Below are positions 9,085-20,081 of a DNA stretch of 45,540 nucleotides, in pieces (within the stretch, counting starts at the first letter, position 1; the number at the start of each line of letters is the position of its first letter). The DNA is from Aeromonadaceae bacterium. GTDB lineage: Bacteria; Pseudomonadota; Gammaproteobacteria; Enterobacterales; Aeromonadaceae. Below the pieces are notes generated by a model that was not told the origin of the DNA, did no database searches, and worked only from the letters and a program-made list of their open reading frames with translations. The stretch covers positions 1-45,540 of the forward strand of contig JBOFBS010000172.1 of the NCBI GenBank assembly GCA_051645725.1, in the 5' to 3' direction. The position numbers were made by a program, and so were the translations under genes.

Positions 9085-11667
9085 TCAGAAGAGAACGTTT
9101 CCCTGGTGGCACTGTTCATCAAACTTTTGAAGGCCAGCCTGCACCGCCTCCTGAATTTCGCCATCATCCCAGGGTTTGCCGATGAAACGGAAGATCTCGC
9201 CACCGTTGATGGCCGCAGAGAGCGCGGTCATATCGGCATAGCCGCTGAGCATGATGCGGGTGATATGGGGATAGCGCTCCTTGACCTGGCGCAGCAGTTC
9301 AATGCCGGCAGCATCGGGTAGTCGACTATCGGAGATGATGACTCCAACCTTATGGTGGGCTAACTCATTTAGTGCCTGGGCCGCCGTATGCGCCGTGATG
9401 ATACGGTAGGAATTGCTGCGTAGTGTGCGTTTGAGCGCACTGAGGATCAGGGCTTCATCATCAACCAGGAGCAATACCGGTACCTCTGTGATGCCATCGG
9501 CCGGGGATAGCCCCAGCTCTCCAGTAAAGTCTTTCCTCAGGAGTTCAGGAATGAACTCGGGGAGTTGGGGACGCGCAAAAAAGAAGCCTTGCAGCTCGTT
9601 GCAGTGCAGGGTACGCAGGTAGCGATACTGCTCCAGGGTTTCTACCCCCTCGGCTATGACCGTCAGCCCCATCGCATGCCCCAGGGCTATGATGGCTCTG
9701 ACGATTACGGCATCGCTGTTGGAGAGCAGGAAGTCGCGGATAAAGGATTGATCTATTTTAAGTTTGTTCAGCGGGAACAGCTTAAGGTAGCTCAGGCTGG
9801 AGTAGCCGGTGCCAAAGTCGTCCACCGAGAGTGTCACCCCCAGCTCTTTCAAGGCCTGCAGTTTGGCAATAGCCGACTCGACATCCGTCATGATGCAGCT
9901 CTCTGTCACCTCCAGCTCCAACCTCTCTGGTGGCAGACCACTTTCTCGCAGCCACTGCTCCACCTGCTCCACCAGCAACACATGTTGGAAGTGCAGCGCT
10001 GACAGATTGACCGCCATGTGCAGATCCAGCCCTTGCTGTACCCATTCGGCAGCCTGTTGACAGGCGGTCTTTAGCACCCAGTTGCTAATAGGGACGATTA
10101 GCCCGCTTTTCTCGGCCAGGGGGATAAACTCAGCCGGGGGGACGATGCGATCTGGCTGCCGCCAGCGGATGAGCGCTTCAACGCCGACGATACAGTGGTG
10201 TTTCATATCCAGTTGCGGCTGGTAGACAAGGAAAAACTCGTTATTCAACAGAGCATTGCGCAATGCCTGCTCGGTTTCATGCTGTTTTCTAAGTTTGGCT
10301 GAGAGTGCCAGATTGAAGCGTTGCAGGGCCAACGGCGTCTGTTGACGGCACCAGTCAAGAGCCAGCTCGGCCTGCTGTAGCAGCTCGCTGGCATTGCTAC
10401 CCAGCTCGGGATAGTCGCTAAGTCCCAGCTGTGGCAGGCTGAGGATCTCCCGTTTGTCATACTGTAGCGGTACGGAGAGCTGCGCCACTATTTCCTCTGC
10501 CAATGCCAGGGCGGGCTCGATTGCGGCCAGACGCGGCAATATGATGGCATACTCGCTGGCCGCCAAGCGTGAGACCAATCCCTCTGCCCCCACCAGGCTC
10601 TGTAGTCTTTGCATCTGCGTCATTAACACCCAATCGCCGATGGCTCGACCATACTGCTCGTTGAGCGCACGAAAGCGGCTCAGATGCACCCGGATCAGGG
10701 CAACCTTGGTGTGGGTCAATTCGGCCTGGCGGATATCCAGCGCCAGCCGCTCCTCCAGCAAAATACGGTTCAATTCCGAGAGGGAGTCGGTGCGTGATAG
10801 CTGCAGCACACACTCCTCCAACTGACGGCTGGCGCGCAGATCTGTGGTCAGCCCCAGAAAGTAGCCCTGAGCCCTCTCAGTGCGCTCCTCCTCGGCAGGC
10901 AGGTAACGCACCTGTAGCCAGAGCGGGAAAATTGCCCCCTCCTTGCGACACGCCGAAAGTTCGCCCTCCCAGCGTCCCTGCTCATAAACCCGTCGGCGAA
11001 AATCAGCGGCCAGCTCCCCCTGTGCCGAGCGTGGCAGCAGCATCTCGGCCGTCTGGCCAATCAGCTCCTCACTGCGATACCCCATCAACTGGCAGAAGGG
11101 CTCATTGACCGCCAGCAACATCCCCTGCCGATCACATAAAAAGAGCCCCTGAGAGAGGGAGTCAAACAACATGGCGAGCAATTCGCGCTGGGGTAGGGGT
11201 GGCAGTGAGAGGGGGGGCGTGGAGCCGCTCTCTCCCTGTGATGGCACTGGAACTGCCTGGGGCGGGGTGGTGGAGCTGGATGCCGCCTGCCACAACTTGG
11301 CGCTGGCCTGCAGGTGCAGCCAATGCAGTAGTTCTTCTCTTAGCTGCTCTCCACTGAGCTGGGCCGAAAGCTGCGCATCCACGAGCGACGAGGTTTCAAT
11401 GGGGCTCGACTCATCGCGCTCCTGCTGGATCAGAATAACAGGTGGGCTATCCGGGCTTAGTGTTTGGCGTTGCGCCTGGAGCCAGGGTGTCAGTTCAGCA
11501 ACGGCGGCGGCATCGAACAGATAGAGATTGGCGGTCACGGGCCAATTGCTCGTCGAGCCATTCACTACCCGGCAGCTTCTCTCCAGCACGCTGCATAACC
11601 AGCATCTAAGCGTATCGTCATGGACCATGACGCAAATGGTGGGTACCACACCTGTCATTGTCATCAC
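9085..11667 (-). CDS. c-di-GMP phosphodiesterase: pseudo-REC/PAS/degenerate GGDEF/EAL/C-terminal REC
   Basis: PAS (VNEPFCQLMGY); GGDEF site reads AASEY; intact VEALIRW, DDFGTGYSS and EGVET; terminal REC with LLVDDE, IISD and KPW. Confidence 0.9.
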   Translation of the reverse strand: MMTMTGVVPTICVMVHDDTLRCWLCSVLERSCRVVNGSTSNWPVTANLYLFDAAAVAELTPWLQAQRQTLSPDSPPVILIQQERDESSPIETSSLVDAQLSAQLSGEQLREELLHWLHLQASAKLWQAASSSTTPPQAVPVPSQGESGSTPPLSLPPLPQRELLAMLFDSLSQGLFLCDRQGMLLAVNEPFCQLMGYRSEELIGQTAEMLLPRSAQGELAADFRRRVYEQGRWEGELSACRKEGAIFPLWLQVRYLPAEEERTERAQGYFLGLTTDLRASRQLEECVLQLSRTDSLSELNRILLEERLALDIRQAELTHTKVALIRVHLSRFRALNEQYGRAIGDWVLMTQMQRLQSLVGAEGLVSRLAASEYAIILPRLAAIEPALALAEEIVAQLSVPLQYDKREILSLPQLGLSDYPELGSNASELLQQAELALDWCRQQTPLALQRFNLALSAKLRKQHETEQALRNALLNNEFFLVYQPQLDMKHHCIVGVEALIRWRQPDRIVPPAEFIPLAEKSGLIVPISNWVLKTACQQAAEWVQQGLDLHMAVNLSALHFQHVLLVEQVEQWLRESGLPPERLELEVTESCIMTDVESAIAKLQALKELGVTLSVDDFGTGYSSLSYLKLFPLNKLKIDQSFIRDFLLSNSDAVIVRAIIALGHAMGLTVIAEGVETLEQYRYLRTLHCNELQGFFFARPQLPEFIPELLRKDFTGELGLSPADGITEVPVLLLVDDEALILSALKRTLRSNSYRIITAHTAAQALNELAHHKVGVIISDSRLPDAAGIELLRQVKERYPHITRIMLSGYADMTALSAAINGGEIFRFIGKPWDDGEIQEAVQAGLQKFDEQCHQGNVLF

Positions 11668-11836
11668 CTGAGCTGTAGTGGAAGGGGCCGCATAGGCCGA
11701 TACATCTATAAGGTATAGCCTACCTGGCCAAAGAGTTGTTGATTTGAACCGGGTTTACTTGGCAGGAGGGGGCGTCATTCAAGAGATGCGGAGTTCGTGC
11801 TCTCCTCACCGAGAGCAGGAGGCCGGTTGCCCTCTC

Positions 11837-11875
11837 TTTTTACGGGATTTTTACACCGCTATTTCGCCTTTTTAC
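11837..11875 (+). promoter_or_regulatory. KdpE-binding site upstream of kdpFABC
   Basis: TTTTTAC at 11837, 11848 and 11869 (helically phased); TTTTTACACC resembles the E. coli KdpE site. Confidence 0.7.
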
Positions 11876-11967
11876 CTCCTTTTTGCGCTTAGCTCTCTAG
11901 GCTTGGGATAAGGGCGGCCTCCTGCCGCTCACCTCATGCATTTTGCTGCTCAATAAGGAGAGACTGG

Positions 11968-12057
11968 ATGACTATCTGGATGTTGCTAGGGCTGTTAGGC
12001 TCGTTGGCTCTGGCCGCTTATCTGCTGTATGCCCTGCTGAATGCGGAGAACTTCTGA
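11968..12057 (+). CDS. kdpF: K+-transporting ATPase subunit F (29 aa)
   Basis: Hand translation [29 protein letters not shown] matches the YLxYALxxAExF KdpF signature; AAGGAG RBS; TGATG overlap with kdpA. Confidence 0.92.
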   Translation: MTIWMLLGLLGSLALAAYLLYALLNAENF

Positions 12058-13751
12058 TGAGCGCCCACGCCTGGATCTTGCTGTCACTGTTTTTGGTTCT
12101 GCTGGGCCTCTTGGCCTGGCCCTTTGCCCATCTCTTGGCGCGCCTCATCGATGGGGAGCTGCCCAGAGCCTTACTGCGCCTGGAGCGGCTCTGCCTGGGT
12201 TCGGCCTGTGGCGAGATGGATTGGTTGCGTTATGCGGTAGCGATTGTGCTGTTCAACCTCTTGGGTGGGGTGGGGCTCTTTGCCCTGCTGCTATTGCAGG
12301 GGGAGTTGCCCTTAAACCCTCAGCAGTTGCCAGGGCTCAGCCTGGATCTGGCCTTCAATACGGCGGTCAGCTTCATGACTAACACCAACTGGCAGGCCTA
12401 TGCCGGTGAGAGCAGCCTGAGTTATCTCAGCCAGATGGCCGGGATGACGGTGCAGAATTTTCTCTCGGCCGCCACAGGTGGAGCCGTGGCGTTTGCGCTG
12501 ATCCGCGGGTTGACCCGGCATGGCGTGAAGCAGATTGGCAACGCCTGGCTGGATATTTTCCGTATCACCCTCTATCTGCTGTTGCCGCTCTCCTGCCTGC
12601 TGGCGCTGCTACTCATTCAACAGGGGGGGCTGCAGACGCTGCAGGGGTATATTCATCTGACCACATTGAGCGGGGCCGAGCAGACGCTGGCCATGGGGCC
12701 TGTGTCCTCGCAAGAGGCGATCAAGATGCTGGGCACCAATGGAGGCGGCTTCTTCAATGCCAACTCGGCGCACCCCTTCGAGAACCCGACTGCGCTGACC
12801 AATTTTCTGCAGATGATCGCCATCTTTCTCATCCCGGCGGCTCTGGTGCTGGCCTTTGGTCGCGTGGCCGGGGATAGACGCCAGGGGCTGGCCATCTTGG
12901 CGGCCATGACCCTGATGTTTGTGCTGGCCGTGGTGCTGGTCACCCAGGCCGAGCAGGCCGGTACGCCACAACTGGCCGCCAGCGGCGTGGATCTGCACGC
13001 CACGAGCCTGATGCCGGGGGGCAACATGGAGGGTAAGGAGAGCCGTTTTGGTATCGTCGCCACCAGCCTCTTCTCCGTCATTACCACGGCGGCCTCCTGT
13101 GGGGCGGTCAACGGCATGCTCGACTCCTTCACGCCGCTGGGTGGCCTCATCCTGCTGCTGCAGATGCAGCTGGGGGAGGTGATCTTCGGTGGTGTGGGGG
13201 CGGGCTTCTATGGCATGGCGCTGTTTGTGCTGCTTACCGTCTTCATCTGCGGCCTGATGATAGGGCGCTCCCCCGAGTATCTGGGCAAGAAGATTGAGAG
13301 CCGTGAGATGAAGCTGGTGGCGCTGGCCATTCTGGTCTCGCCGGCTCTGGTGCTGGTCGGCACGGCCGTCAGCCTGATGCTGGAGGTGGGGCGTGCTGGC
13401 ATCTTCAACCCGGGCACTCACGGCTTCAGCGAGGTGCTCTATGCCTTCTCCTCGGCCGCCAACAATAACGGCAGTGCCTTTGCGGGTCTCTCTGCCAACA
13501 CCCCCTATTACAACCTGACGCTGGGGCTGGCCATGTTTTTCGGACGCTTTGGCGTGATAGTGCCTGTCCTGGCTTTGGCCGGTTCCCTGGCGGGCAAGCG
13601 GCGGCAGCTTGAACACCCCGGTTCGCTGCCAACCCACGGTCCGTTATTTATTGGTCTGCTGGTGGGAACTGTGTTGCTGGTGGGTGCCTTGACCTTTATC
13701 CCCTCGCTGGCCCTGGGTCCTATTGTCGAACAGCTGATGATGCTGAAGTAA
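12057..13751 (+). CDS. kdpA: K+-transporting ATPase subunit A
   Basis: NTNWQAY, GTNGGG, SCGAVN and NNGSAF filter motifs; true start ATG 12057 coupled to the kdpF stop. Confidence 0.96.
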   Translation: MSAHAWILLSLFLVLLGLLAWPFAHLLARLIDGELPRALLRLERLCLGSACGEMDWLRYAVAIVLFNLLGGVGLFALLLLQGELPLNPQQLPGLSLDLAFNTAVSFMTNTNWQAYAGESSLSYLSQMAGMTVQNFLSAATGGAVAFALIRGLTRHGVKQIGNAWLDIFRITLYLLLPLSCLLALLLIQQGGLQTLQGYIHLTTLSGAEQTLAMGPVSSQEAIKMLGTNGGGFFNANSAHPFENPTALTNFLQMIAIFLIPAALVLAFGRVAGDRRQGLAILAAMTLMFVLAVVLVTQAEQAGTPQLAASGVDLHATSLMPGGNMEGKESRFGIVATSLFSVITTAASCGAVNGMLDSFTPLGGLILLLQMQLGEVIFGGVGAGFYGMALFVLLTVFICGLMIGRSPEYLGKKIESREMKLVALAILVSPALVLVGTAVSLMLEVGRAGIFNPGTHGFSEVLYAFSSAANNNGSAFAGLSANTPYYNLTLGLAMFFGRFGVIVPVLALAGSLAGKRRQLEHPGSLPTHGPLFIGLLVGTVLLVGALTFIPSLALGPIVEQLMMLK

Positions 13752-13760
13752 GGAATCACT

Positions 13761-15833
13761 ATGACACGCAAGAAGCTTTCTCTGTTTGATCCGGCTCTCT
13801 GCCGCGAGGCGTGCAAAGGCACCATGCTCAAGCTGGATCCGCGTAGCCAGTGGCAGAACCCTGTGATGTTCGTGGTCTGGCTGGGCAGCGCCCTGACCAC
13901 CCTGGTCTGGTTGGCCCAGTGGCTGGGGCTGAGTGGACGAAGTGAGCCGCTCTGGTTCACCGCCAGCATAGCCCTCTGGCTCTGGTTTACCGTGTTGTTT
14001 GCCAACTTCGCCGAGGCGCTGGCCGAGGGGCGCAGCAAGGCCCAGGCCGCCAGCCTACGTGGGCTCAAGCAGACGGTGTGGGCACACAAGCTGACGCTGG
14101 CCAAATATGGCGCCCCCAGCCAGAAGGTGAGTGCCGACTCACTGCGCAAGGGCGATGTGGTGCAGGTGAGTGCCGGTGAGGTGATCCCCTGTGACGGTGA
14201 GGTGGTCGAGGGGGTGGCCTCGGTGGATGAGAGTGCCATCACAGGAGAGTCCGCCCCTGTCATTCGTGAATCGGGTGGTGACTTCAGCTCGGTGACGGGC
14301 GGGACTCGGGTGCTCTCCGATTGGCTGGTGATCCGCTCCACTGTCAATCCGGGTGAGACCTTCCTCGATCGCATGATCGCCATGGTGGAGGGAGCCAAAC
14401 GACGCAAAACGCCCAATGAGATCGCCCTGACCATACTGCTGATCGCCCTGACCCTGATCTTCCTGCTGGCCACAGTGACGCTACTGCCTTTCTCCGCGTT
14501 TGCCGTGCTGGCGAATGGCAGTGGGCAGGTGATCACGGTAACCGTGCTGGTCGCCCTGCTGGTCTGCCTCATCCCCACCACCATAGGGGGCTTGCTCTCG
14601 GCCATAGGGGTGGCGGGCATGAGCCGCATGCTGGCGGCCAATGTCATCGCCACCTCGGGTCGAGCCGTTGAGGCGGCGGGCGATGTGGATGTCCTGTTGC
14701 TGGATAAGACTGGGACCATCACCCTGGGTAACCGTCAGGCCAGCAAATTTCTGCCCGTGGCCGGGGTGAGTGAGCAGACACTCGCCGATGCGGCCCAACT
14801 GGCCTCGCTGGCCGATGAGACCCCGGAGGGTCGCAGCATAGTGGTGCTCGCCAAGCTGCGCTTCAACCTGCGGGAGCGGGACATCCATGCCCTGGGGGCC
14901 ACCTTTGTGCCCTTCTCCGCCCAGAGCCGGATGAGCGGCGTCAATCTGCAGCAGCGGATGATCCGCAAGGGGGCCGCCGATGCCATTCGTAAGCATGTGG
15001 AGGCCAATGGCGGTGAGTATCCGCGCCGGGCTCAGACCCTGGTCGAGCTGGTGGCTCGCGAGGGGGGAACCCCGCTGGTGGTGTGCGAAGGCAATCAGGT
15101 GCTGGGGGTGGTGGCCCTCTCCGATATCGTCAAGGGGGGCATCAAGGAGCGCTTCCTGGAGCTGCGCCGCATGGGGATCAAGACTGTGATGGTAACGGGC
15201 GACAACCGCCTGACCGCCGCGGCCATCGCCGCCGAGGCGGGGGTAGATGACTTCCTGGCCGAGGCAACGCCTGAGACCAAGCTGGCCCTTATTCGTCAGT
15301 ATCAGAGCGAGGGGCGACTGGTCGCCATGACAGGGGACGGCACCAATGATGCGCCGGCTTTGGCGCAAGCCGATGTGGCCGTGGCCATGAACAGTGGCAC
15401 CCAGGCGGCCAAAGAGGCGGGTAACATGGTGGATCTGGACTCCAACCCCACCAAGCTCATCGAGGTGGTACATATTGGTAAGCAGATGCTGATGACGAGG
15501 GGGTCGCTCACCACCTTCAGTATCGCCAATGATGTGGCCAAGTATTTTGCCATCATTCCTGCCGCCTTTGCGGCGACCTATCCCCAGCTCAATGCCCTGA
15601 ATCTGATGCACCTGGCCACGCCTCAGTCCGCCATCCTCTCGGCTGTGATCTTCAACGCGCTGATCATCATAGGGCTGATCCCGCTGGCGCTGCGCGGGGT
15701 TCACTATCGCCCCTTAACCGCGGCCAAGCTGCTGCGTCGCAACATGGTCATCTATGGCTTGGGCGGCCTGGTGGTGCCCTTTATCGGGATCAAACTCATC
15801 GATCTGCTGCTCAGTGCCGCAGGTTGGGTATAA
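13761..15833 (+). CDS. kdpB: K+-transporting ATPase subunit B (P-type ATPase)
   Basis: TGES, DKTGT, KGA and [10 protein letters not shown] motifs. Confidence 0.97.
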   Translation: MTRKKLSLFDPALCREACKGTMLKLDPRSQWQNPVMFVVWLGSALTTLVWLAQWLGLSGRSEPLWFTASIALWLWFTVLFANFAEALAEGRSKAQAASLRGLKQTVWAHKLTLAKYGAPSQKVSADSLRKGDVVQVSAGEVIPCDGEVVEGVASVDESAITGESAPVIRESGGDFSSVTGGTRVLSDWLVIRSTVNPGETFLDRMIAMVEGAKRRKTPNEIALTILLIALTLIFLLATVTLLPFSAFAVLANGSGQVITVTVLVALLVCLIPTTIGGLLSAIGVAGMSRMLAANVIATSGRAVEAAGDVDVLLLDKTGTITLGNRQASKFLPVAGVSEQTLADAAQLASLADETPEGRSIVVLAKLRFNLRERDIHALGATFVPFSAQSRMSGVNLQQRMIRKGAADAIRKHVEANGGEYPRRAQTLVELVAREGGTPLVVCEGNQVLGVVALSDIVKGGIKERFLELRRMGIKTVMVTGDNRLTAAAIAAEAGVDDFLAEATPETKLALIRQYQSEGRLVAMTGDGTNDAPALAQADVAVAMNSGTQAAKEAGNMVDLDSNPTKLIEVVHIGKQMLMTRGSLTTFSIANDVAKYFAIIPAAFAATYPQLNALNLMHLATPQSAILSAVIFNALIIIGLIPLALRGVHYRPLTAAKLLRRNMVIYGLGGLVVPFIGIKLIDLLLSAAGWV

Positions 15834-15843
15834 GGAGATCGTC

Positions 15844-16437
15844 ATGTTGATGCAATTTGGTTCTGCACTGCGTTTGTGGTTTGGCTTTACCCTGCTGTTG
15901 GGGCTTGTCTATCCCCTGGCCATGACAGGGGTGGCCCAGTGGATCTTCCCGACTCAGGCCAATGGCTCTTTGCTCTATCAAGGCGACAGAGTGGTGGGCT
16001 CCCGTCTGGTTGGGCAAAACTTCGATGCCCCCGGTTACTTCTGGAGCCGACCTTCGGCTGTGGAGTATAAGGGCGATGCCTCGGGTGGTAGTAACCTGGG
16101 GCCCCTCAACCCCGAGCTGCAAAAGCAGGTGGCCGCGCGCATCGCCAGGCTGCAACAGGGGAGTGAGCACTCACAGGGGGAGGCGATCCCTGTGGATCTG
16201 GTGACCACTTCCGGCAGTGGTCTGGATCCGCACCTGAGCCCGGCTGCTCTCTACTATCAGGTGGCACGGGTAGCCAAGGCTCGTGGCTTACCTGCCGATC
16301 AGGTGGAAGCCCTGGTCACGCAGCAGATTGAGCGTCCGCTTCTGGGGGCACTGGGCGAACCTGTGGTAAATGTATTGCTATTGAATCTGGCGCTGGATGA
16401 GCTGCAGCCGCCTGTGGCGAGCCAGGCAAGGAAATAG
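15844..16437 (+). CDS. kdpC: K+-transporting ATPase subunit C
   Basis: QANGSL, YFWSRPSA, SGSGLDPH; ATG 15844 after TAAGGAG. Confidence 0.95.
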   Translation: MLMQFGSALRLWFGFTLLLGLVYPLAMTGVAQWIFPTQANGSLLYQGDRVVGSRLVGQNFDAPGYFWSRPSAVEYKGDASGGSNLGPLNPELQKQVAARIARLQQGSEHSQGEAIPVDLVTTSGSGLDPHLSPAALYYQVARVAKARGLPADQVEALVTQQIERPLLGALGEPVVNVLLLNLALDELQPPVASQARK

Positions 16438-16439
16438 TC

Positions 16440-19139
16440 ATGAGTGTGGAAGAGAGTCGTCGCCCGGATCCTGATGCCCTGTTGGCCAAGATGCGCAATA
16501 AGGGCAAGCTGAAGATCTTCTTTGGTGCCAGTGCCGGGGTGGGGAAGACCTATGCCATGCTGCAAGAGGCTCAGCGTCTACGGTCTCAGGGGCTGGAGGT
16601 GCTGGTCGGGATAGTCGAGACCCATGGCCGTAGCGAGACGGCGGCCCTGCTGGAGGGGTTGACGCGGCTGCCGCTACGCCATCACTTCTACCGCGGCCAT
16701 CGTCTGGCCGAGTTCGATTTGGACGGGGTGCTGGCCCATCGTCCTGCTGTGGTGCTGGTGGATGAGCTGGCCCACTCCAATGTGCCAGGCTCACGTCACC
16801 CCAAGCGCTGGCAGGATGTGGAGGAGCTGTTGGAGGCGGGCATAGATGTCTTCACCACCCTCAATGTGCAGCATCTGGAGAGCCTCAACGACATAGTGGG
16901 GGGGATCACCGGTATCCGGGTGCGCGAGACGGTTCCGGATCGGGTCTTCGATGGGGCCGATGAAGTGGTGCTGGTGGACTTGACCCCAGATGATTTGCGC
17001 CAGCGTCTGAAGGAGGGGAAGGTCTACCTGGCCGGTCAGGCCGAACGGGCCATAGAGCACTTCTTCCGCAAGGGTAACCTGATGGCGCTGCGGGAGTTGG
17101 CTCTGCGCCGTACTGCCGAGCGGGTAGACGATCAGATGCGGGAGTATCGCAGTGATAGCGATATTGCCCGGGTCTGGCATACCCAGGATGCCCTGCTGCT
17201 CTGCCTGGGCCCTCAGGATGGCAGCGACAAGGTGGTGCGCACCGCGGCTCGTCTGGCTGCCCGATTGGGTAGCCCCTGGCATGCCGTCTATGTGGAGACA
17301 CCTAGGCTGCACCGACTGCCGGAGGCCAAGCGGCGTCGTATTCTGCAGACTCTGAAGCTGGCCGCCGAACTGGGGGCCGAGACTGCCACCTTGGCGGCTC
17401 CTGATGAGGCGGAGGCCCTGCTGGAGTATGCCCGGGAGCACAACCTGGGCAAGATAGTGATAGGTCGGCGCGCCAAGGCGTACTTTTGGCAGCGAGGGCG
17501 CCATTTTGCCGAGCGCCTGGGGCGCCTGGGGCCAGATCTGGATCTCATCATAGTCTCGGTGGAGCGGGAGACGGGAGGGGGCCGTCAGCCCGAGGTGTTG
17601 CCTCCCGACCTGCGTAGCTTCGCTGAGCGCTGGCAGGTTCAGCTTAAGGGGTGTCTGGCCACCCTGGTGCTGGGCGCCCTGTTGACGGGCATTTCCCGGC
17701 TCATGATGTCCTTTCTGGATGCCGCCAACATAGTCATGATCTTCTTGCTGGGGGTGGTGCTTATCGCCCTACGCTTTGGTCGAGGACCCGCCACCCTGGC
17801 GACCATACTCTATGTCGGCATTTTCGATTTCTTTTTCGTGGATCCCCACTTCTCTTTTGCCGTCAGTGACGTGCAGTATCTGGTCACCTTTGCCGTCATG
17901 CTGGGGGTGGGCATGCTGATTGGGCAACTGACGGCCGGGGTGCGTTACCAGGCCCGAATTGCCCAGTATCGGGAGCAGCGCTCACGTCAGCTTTTCGAGT
18001 TGGCCAAGGCGCTGAGTGGTGCTGTCAGTGTCAATGAAATTGCCACCATCAGCTGTGATTTTGTGGCGCGCAGCTTTCATGCCCGAACCCAGTTGCTGGT
18101 AGTGGATGCGGAGCAGCAGTTGCAAGAGGGGGGGCGTGGTAATGAACGCTGTGGCGTTGATCGTGCCGTGGCCCAGTGGTGTCTGGATCACAGGGCGCCA
18201 GCTGGTCTGGGGAGTGATACCCTGCCGGCCCTGACCCAGCGCCTCTTGCCTCTCTTCAGTGGCAATCTGGGGTTAGGGGTGCTGGTGGTGGAGCCAGCCA
18301 ATCTGCGGCTCTTGATGATACCCGAGCAGCTGCGCTTGCTGGATCTCTATGGTGTCCTCATCTCCATAGCGCTGGAGCGTATTATCCTGGGGCAGGAGGC
18401 CGAGCAGGCCCAGCTCAAGGTCGAATCAGAACGGTTGCGCAACTCGCTGCTGGCGGCGCTCTCCCACGATTTACGCACCCCCCTCACTGTGCTATTCGGC
18501 CAGGCCGAGATCCTGACGCTGGAGCTGGGGATGGCAAACTCACCTCAGACCGAGCAGGCCGGTGCCATGCGTCAGCAGGTGTTGGACATGACGCGCTTAG
18601 TGAACAATCTGCTGGATATGGCCCGATTGCAATCAGGTGGCATGGCATTACGTTGGGATTGGCAGTCGCTACCTGAGCTGGTAGGCAGTGCCCTGCGCGA
18701 ATTGTCTGTGCCTCTGCAGGGGCGTACTGTGCAACGGGAGCTGCCCAACGATCTGCCTCTGCTCTATTGTGACGGCACCATGTTGGAGCGGGTGCTGGTC
18801 AATCTGCTGGAGAATGGCTGCAAGTATGCCGGGGCTCATGCTACCTTCGGCATTGCGGCTCAAGTCCGGGGCGAAGAGTTGGAGATCCGGGTTTGGGACT
18901 CAGGCCCAGGGTTGCCGCCAGGCAAGGAGCAGCTTATTTTCGAGAAGTTCGCCCGAGGCGATAAAGAGTCGGTGATCCCGGGTGTCGGCTTGGGATTAGC
19001 CATCTGCCGGGCCATCATAGAGGCGCATGGCGGTCGCATCTGGGCCGATAATCGTCCTCAAGGTGGTGCCTGTTTTGCTTTTACCCTGCCACTCAAGGCT
19101 GAGCCGCCCATGCAGGATGAACCCCAGGAGGTCGATTGA
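16440..19139 (+). CDS. kdpD: Sensor histidine kinase KdpD
   Basis: GASAGVGKT, DELAH, Usp-like domain, 4 TM segments, SHDLRTPL and GVGLGLAI. Confidence 0.97.
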   Translation: MSVEESRRPDPDALLAKMRNKGKLKIFFGASAGVGKTYAMLQEAQRLRSQGLEVLVGIVETHGRSETAALLEGLTRLPLRHHFYRGHRLAEFDLDGVLAHRPAVVLVDELAHSNVPGSRHPKRWQDVEELLEAGIDVFTTLNVQHLESLNDIVGGITGIRVRETVPDRVFDGADEVVLVDLTPDDLRQRLKEGKVYLAGQAERAIEHFFRKGNLMALRELALRRTAERVDDQMREYRSDSDIARVWHTQDALLLCLGPQDGSDKVVRTAARLAARLGSPWHAVYVETPRLHRLPEAKRRRILQTLKLAAELGAETATLAAPDEAEALLEYAREHNLGKIVIGRRAKAYFWQRGRHFAERLGRLGPDLDLIIVSVERETGGGRQPEVLPPDLRSFAERWQVQLKGCLATLVLGALLTGISRLMMSFLDAANIVMIFLLGVVLIALRFGRGPATLATILYVGIFDFFFVDPHFSFAVSDVQYLVTFAVMLGVGMLIGQLTAGVRYQARIAQYREQRSRQLFELAKALSGAVSVNEIATISCDFVARSFHARTQLLVVDAEQQLQEGGRGNERCGVDRAVAQWCLDHRAPAGLGSDTLPALTQRLLPLFSGNLGLGVLVVEPANLRLLMIPEQLRLLDLYGVLISIALERIILGQEAEQAQLKVESERLRNSLLAALSHDLRTPLTVLFGQAEILTLELGMANSPQTEQAGAMRQQVLDMTRLVNNLLDMARLQSGGMALRWDWQSLPELVGSALRELSVPLQGRTVQRELPNDLPLLYCDGTMLERVLVNLLENGCKYAGAHATFGIAAQVRGEELEIRVWDSGPGLPPGKEQLIFEKFARGDKESVIPGVGLGLAICRAIIEAHGGRIWADNRPQGGACFAFTLPLKAEPPMQDEPQEVD

Positions 19140-19831
19140 ACGAGTCACCCGTCACTTTATTGATTGTTGAAGATGAACAGGCTATTCGTCGTTTCGTGCG
19201 CAGCGCTCTGGAGGCTGAGGGGTTCCGTGTGCACGAGGCGGATACGCTGCAGCGGGGGTTGATCGAGGCGGCCACTCGCAAGCCGGATCTTCTGGTGCTG
19301 GATCTGGGACTGCCGGATGGGGATGGCCTCGATCTCATCCGCGATCTGCGGCAGTGGAGTAGTATGCCAGTCATAGTGCTCTCGGCCCGGGTGGATGAGA
19401 GTGACAAGATTGCGGCCCTGGATCTGGGGGCCGATGATTACCTCATCAAGCCCTTTGGCATGGGCGAGCTGCTGGCTCGGGTACGCGCCGCGCTGCGGCG
19501 GCGGGGGACCAGCAGTGAGAACCCATCAAGTTCTGTGCAGCTAGGCGAGGTGACCATAGATCTGGCGTTACGGCGGGTCACCAAGGGTGAAGAGGAGCTG
19601 CATCTTACGCCCATCGAGTTTCGCCTGCTGGGTGAGCTGCTGGCTCATCCTGGCAAGGTATTGACGCACCGTCATCTGCTCAATGCGGTGTGGGGCCCCA
19701 CTTTCATCGAGCATAACCACTACTTGCGTATCTACATGGGTCACTTGCGGCAAAAATTGGAGTCAGATCCCACCCTGCCTCGTTACCTCATCACAGAGAC
19801 GGGTATTGGTTACCGCTTCATACCCGAGTAG
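19136..19831 (+). CDS. kdpE: Response regulator KdpE
   Basis: REC (LDLGLPDGDG) plus OmpR-type wHTH (YLRIYMGHLRQKLE); TTG start overlaps the kdpD stop. Confidence 0.95.
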   Translation: MNESPVTLLIVEDEQAIRRFVRSALEAEGFRVHEADTLQRGLIEAATRKPDLLVLDLGLPDGDGLDLIRDLRQWSSMPVIVLSARVDESDKIAALDLGADDYLIKPFGMGELLARVRAALRRRGTSSENPSSSVQLGEVTIDLALRRVTKGEEELHLTPIEFRLLGELLAHPGKVLTHRHLLNAVWGPTFIEHNHYLRIYMGHLRQKLESDPTLPRYLITETGIGYRFIPE

Positions 19832-19904
19832 AGGGTCTCATGCTTTCCTCTTAAAAAATAGGTGTCATTCGTGGCAAATAGTTGTTTTTTTCATCATATT
19901 CCAG

Positions 19905-20081
19905 TGGCATAGGGACTCTTAACGGTCTAGACTTTTCTCATCACGTGTTGCGTGATTTAGATCGCTGGATGATCGCCGCTGTGGCGCGGTGTCAGGTAGC
20001 GATTGAGCACAAGGGAAGGTCGAGAGGTGTGGCCCTGAGCTGGGTCGTACCAGAATGGATAAGACTATAATGAGGCGTAAT
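19905..20081 (+). promoter_or_regulatory. ompA promoter and long structured 5' UTR
   Basis: TGGCAT-17 bp-TAGACT (E. coli ompA also has a TAGACT -10); ~140-nt leader with stem-loop potential ending in TGGATAAGACTATAATGAGGCG RBS region. Confidence 0.55.

Noticed and set aside
11943-12056. 38-aa N-terminal extension of KdpA in the ORF track
   Set aside because: This region encodes kdpF in another frame.
12609-15704. Long minus-strand ORFs (342, 404 and 407 aa) opposite kdpA/kdpB
   Set aside because: Typical antisense open frames of GC-rich coding DNA; no motifs.
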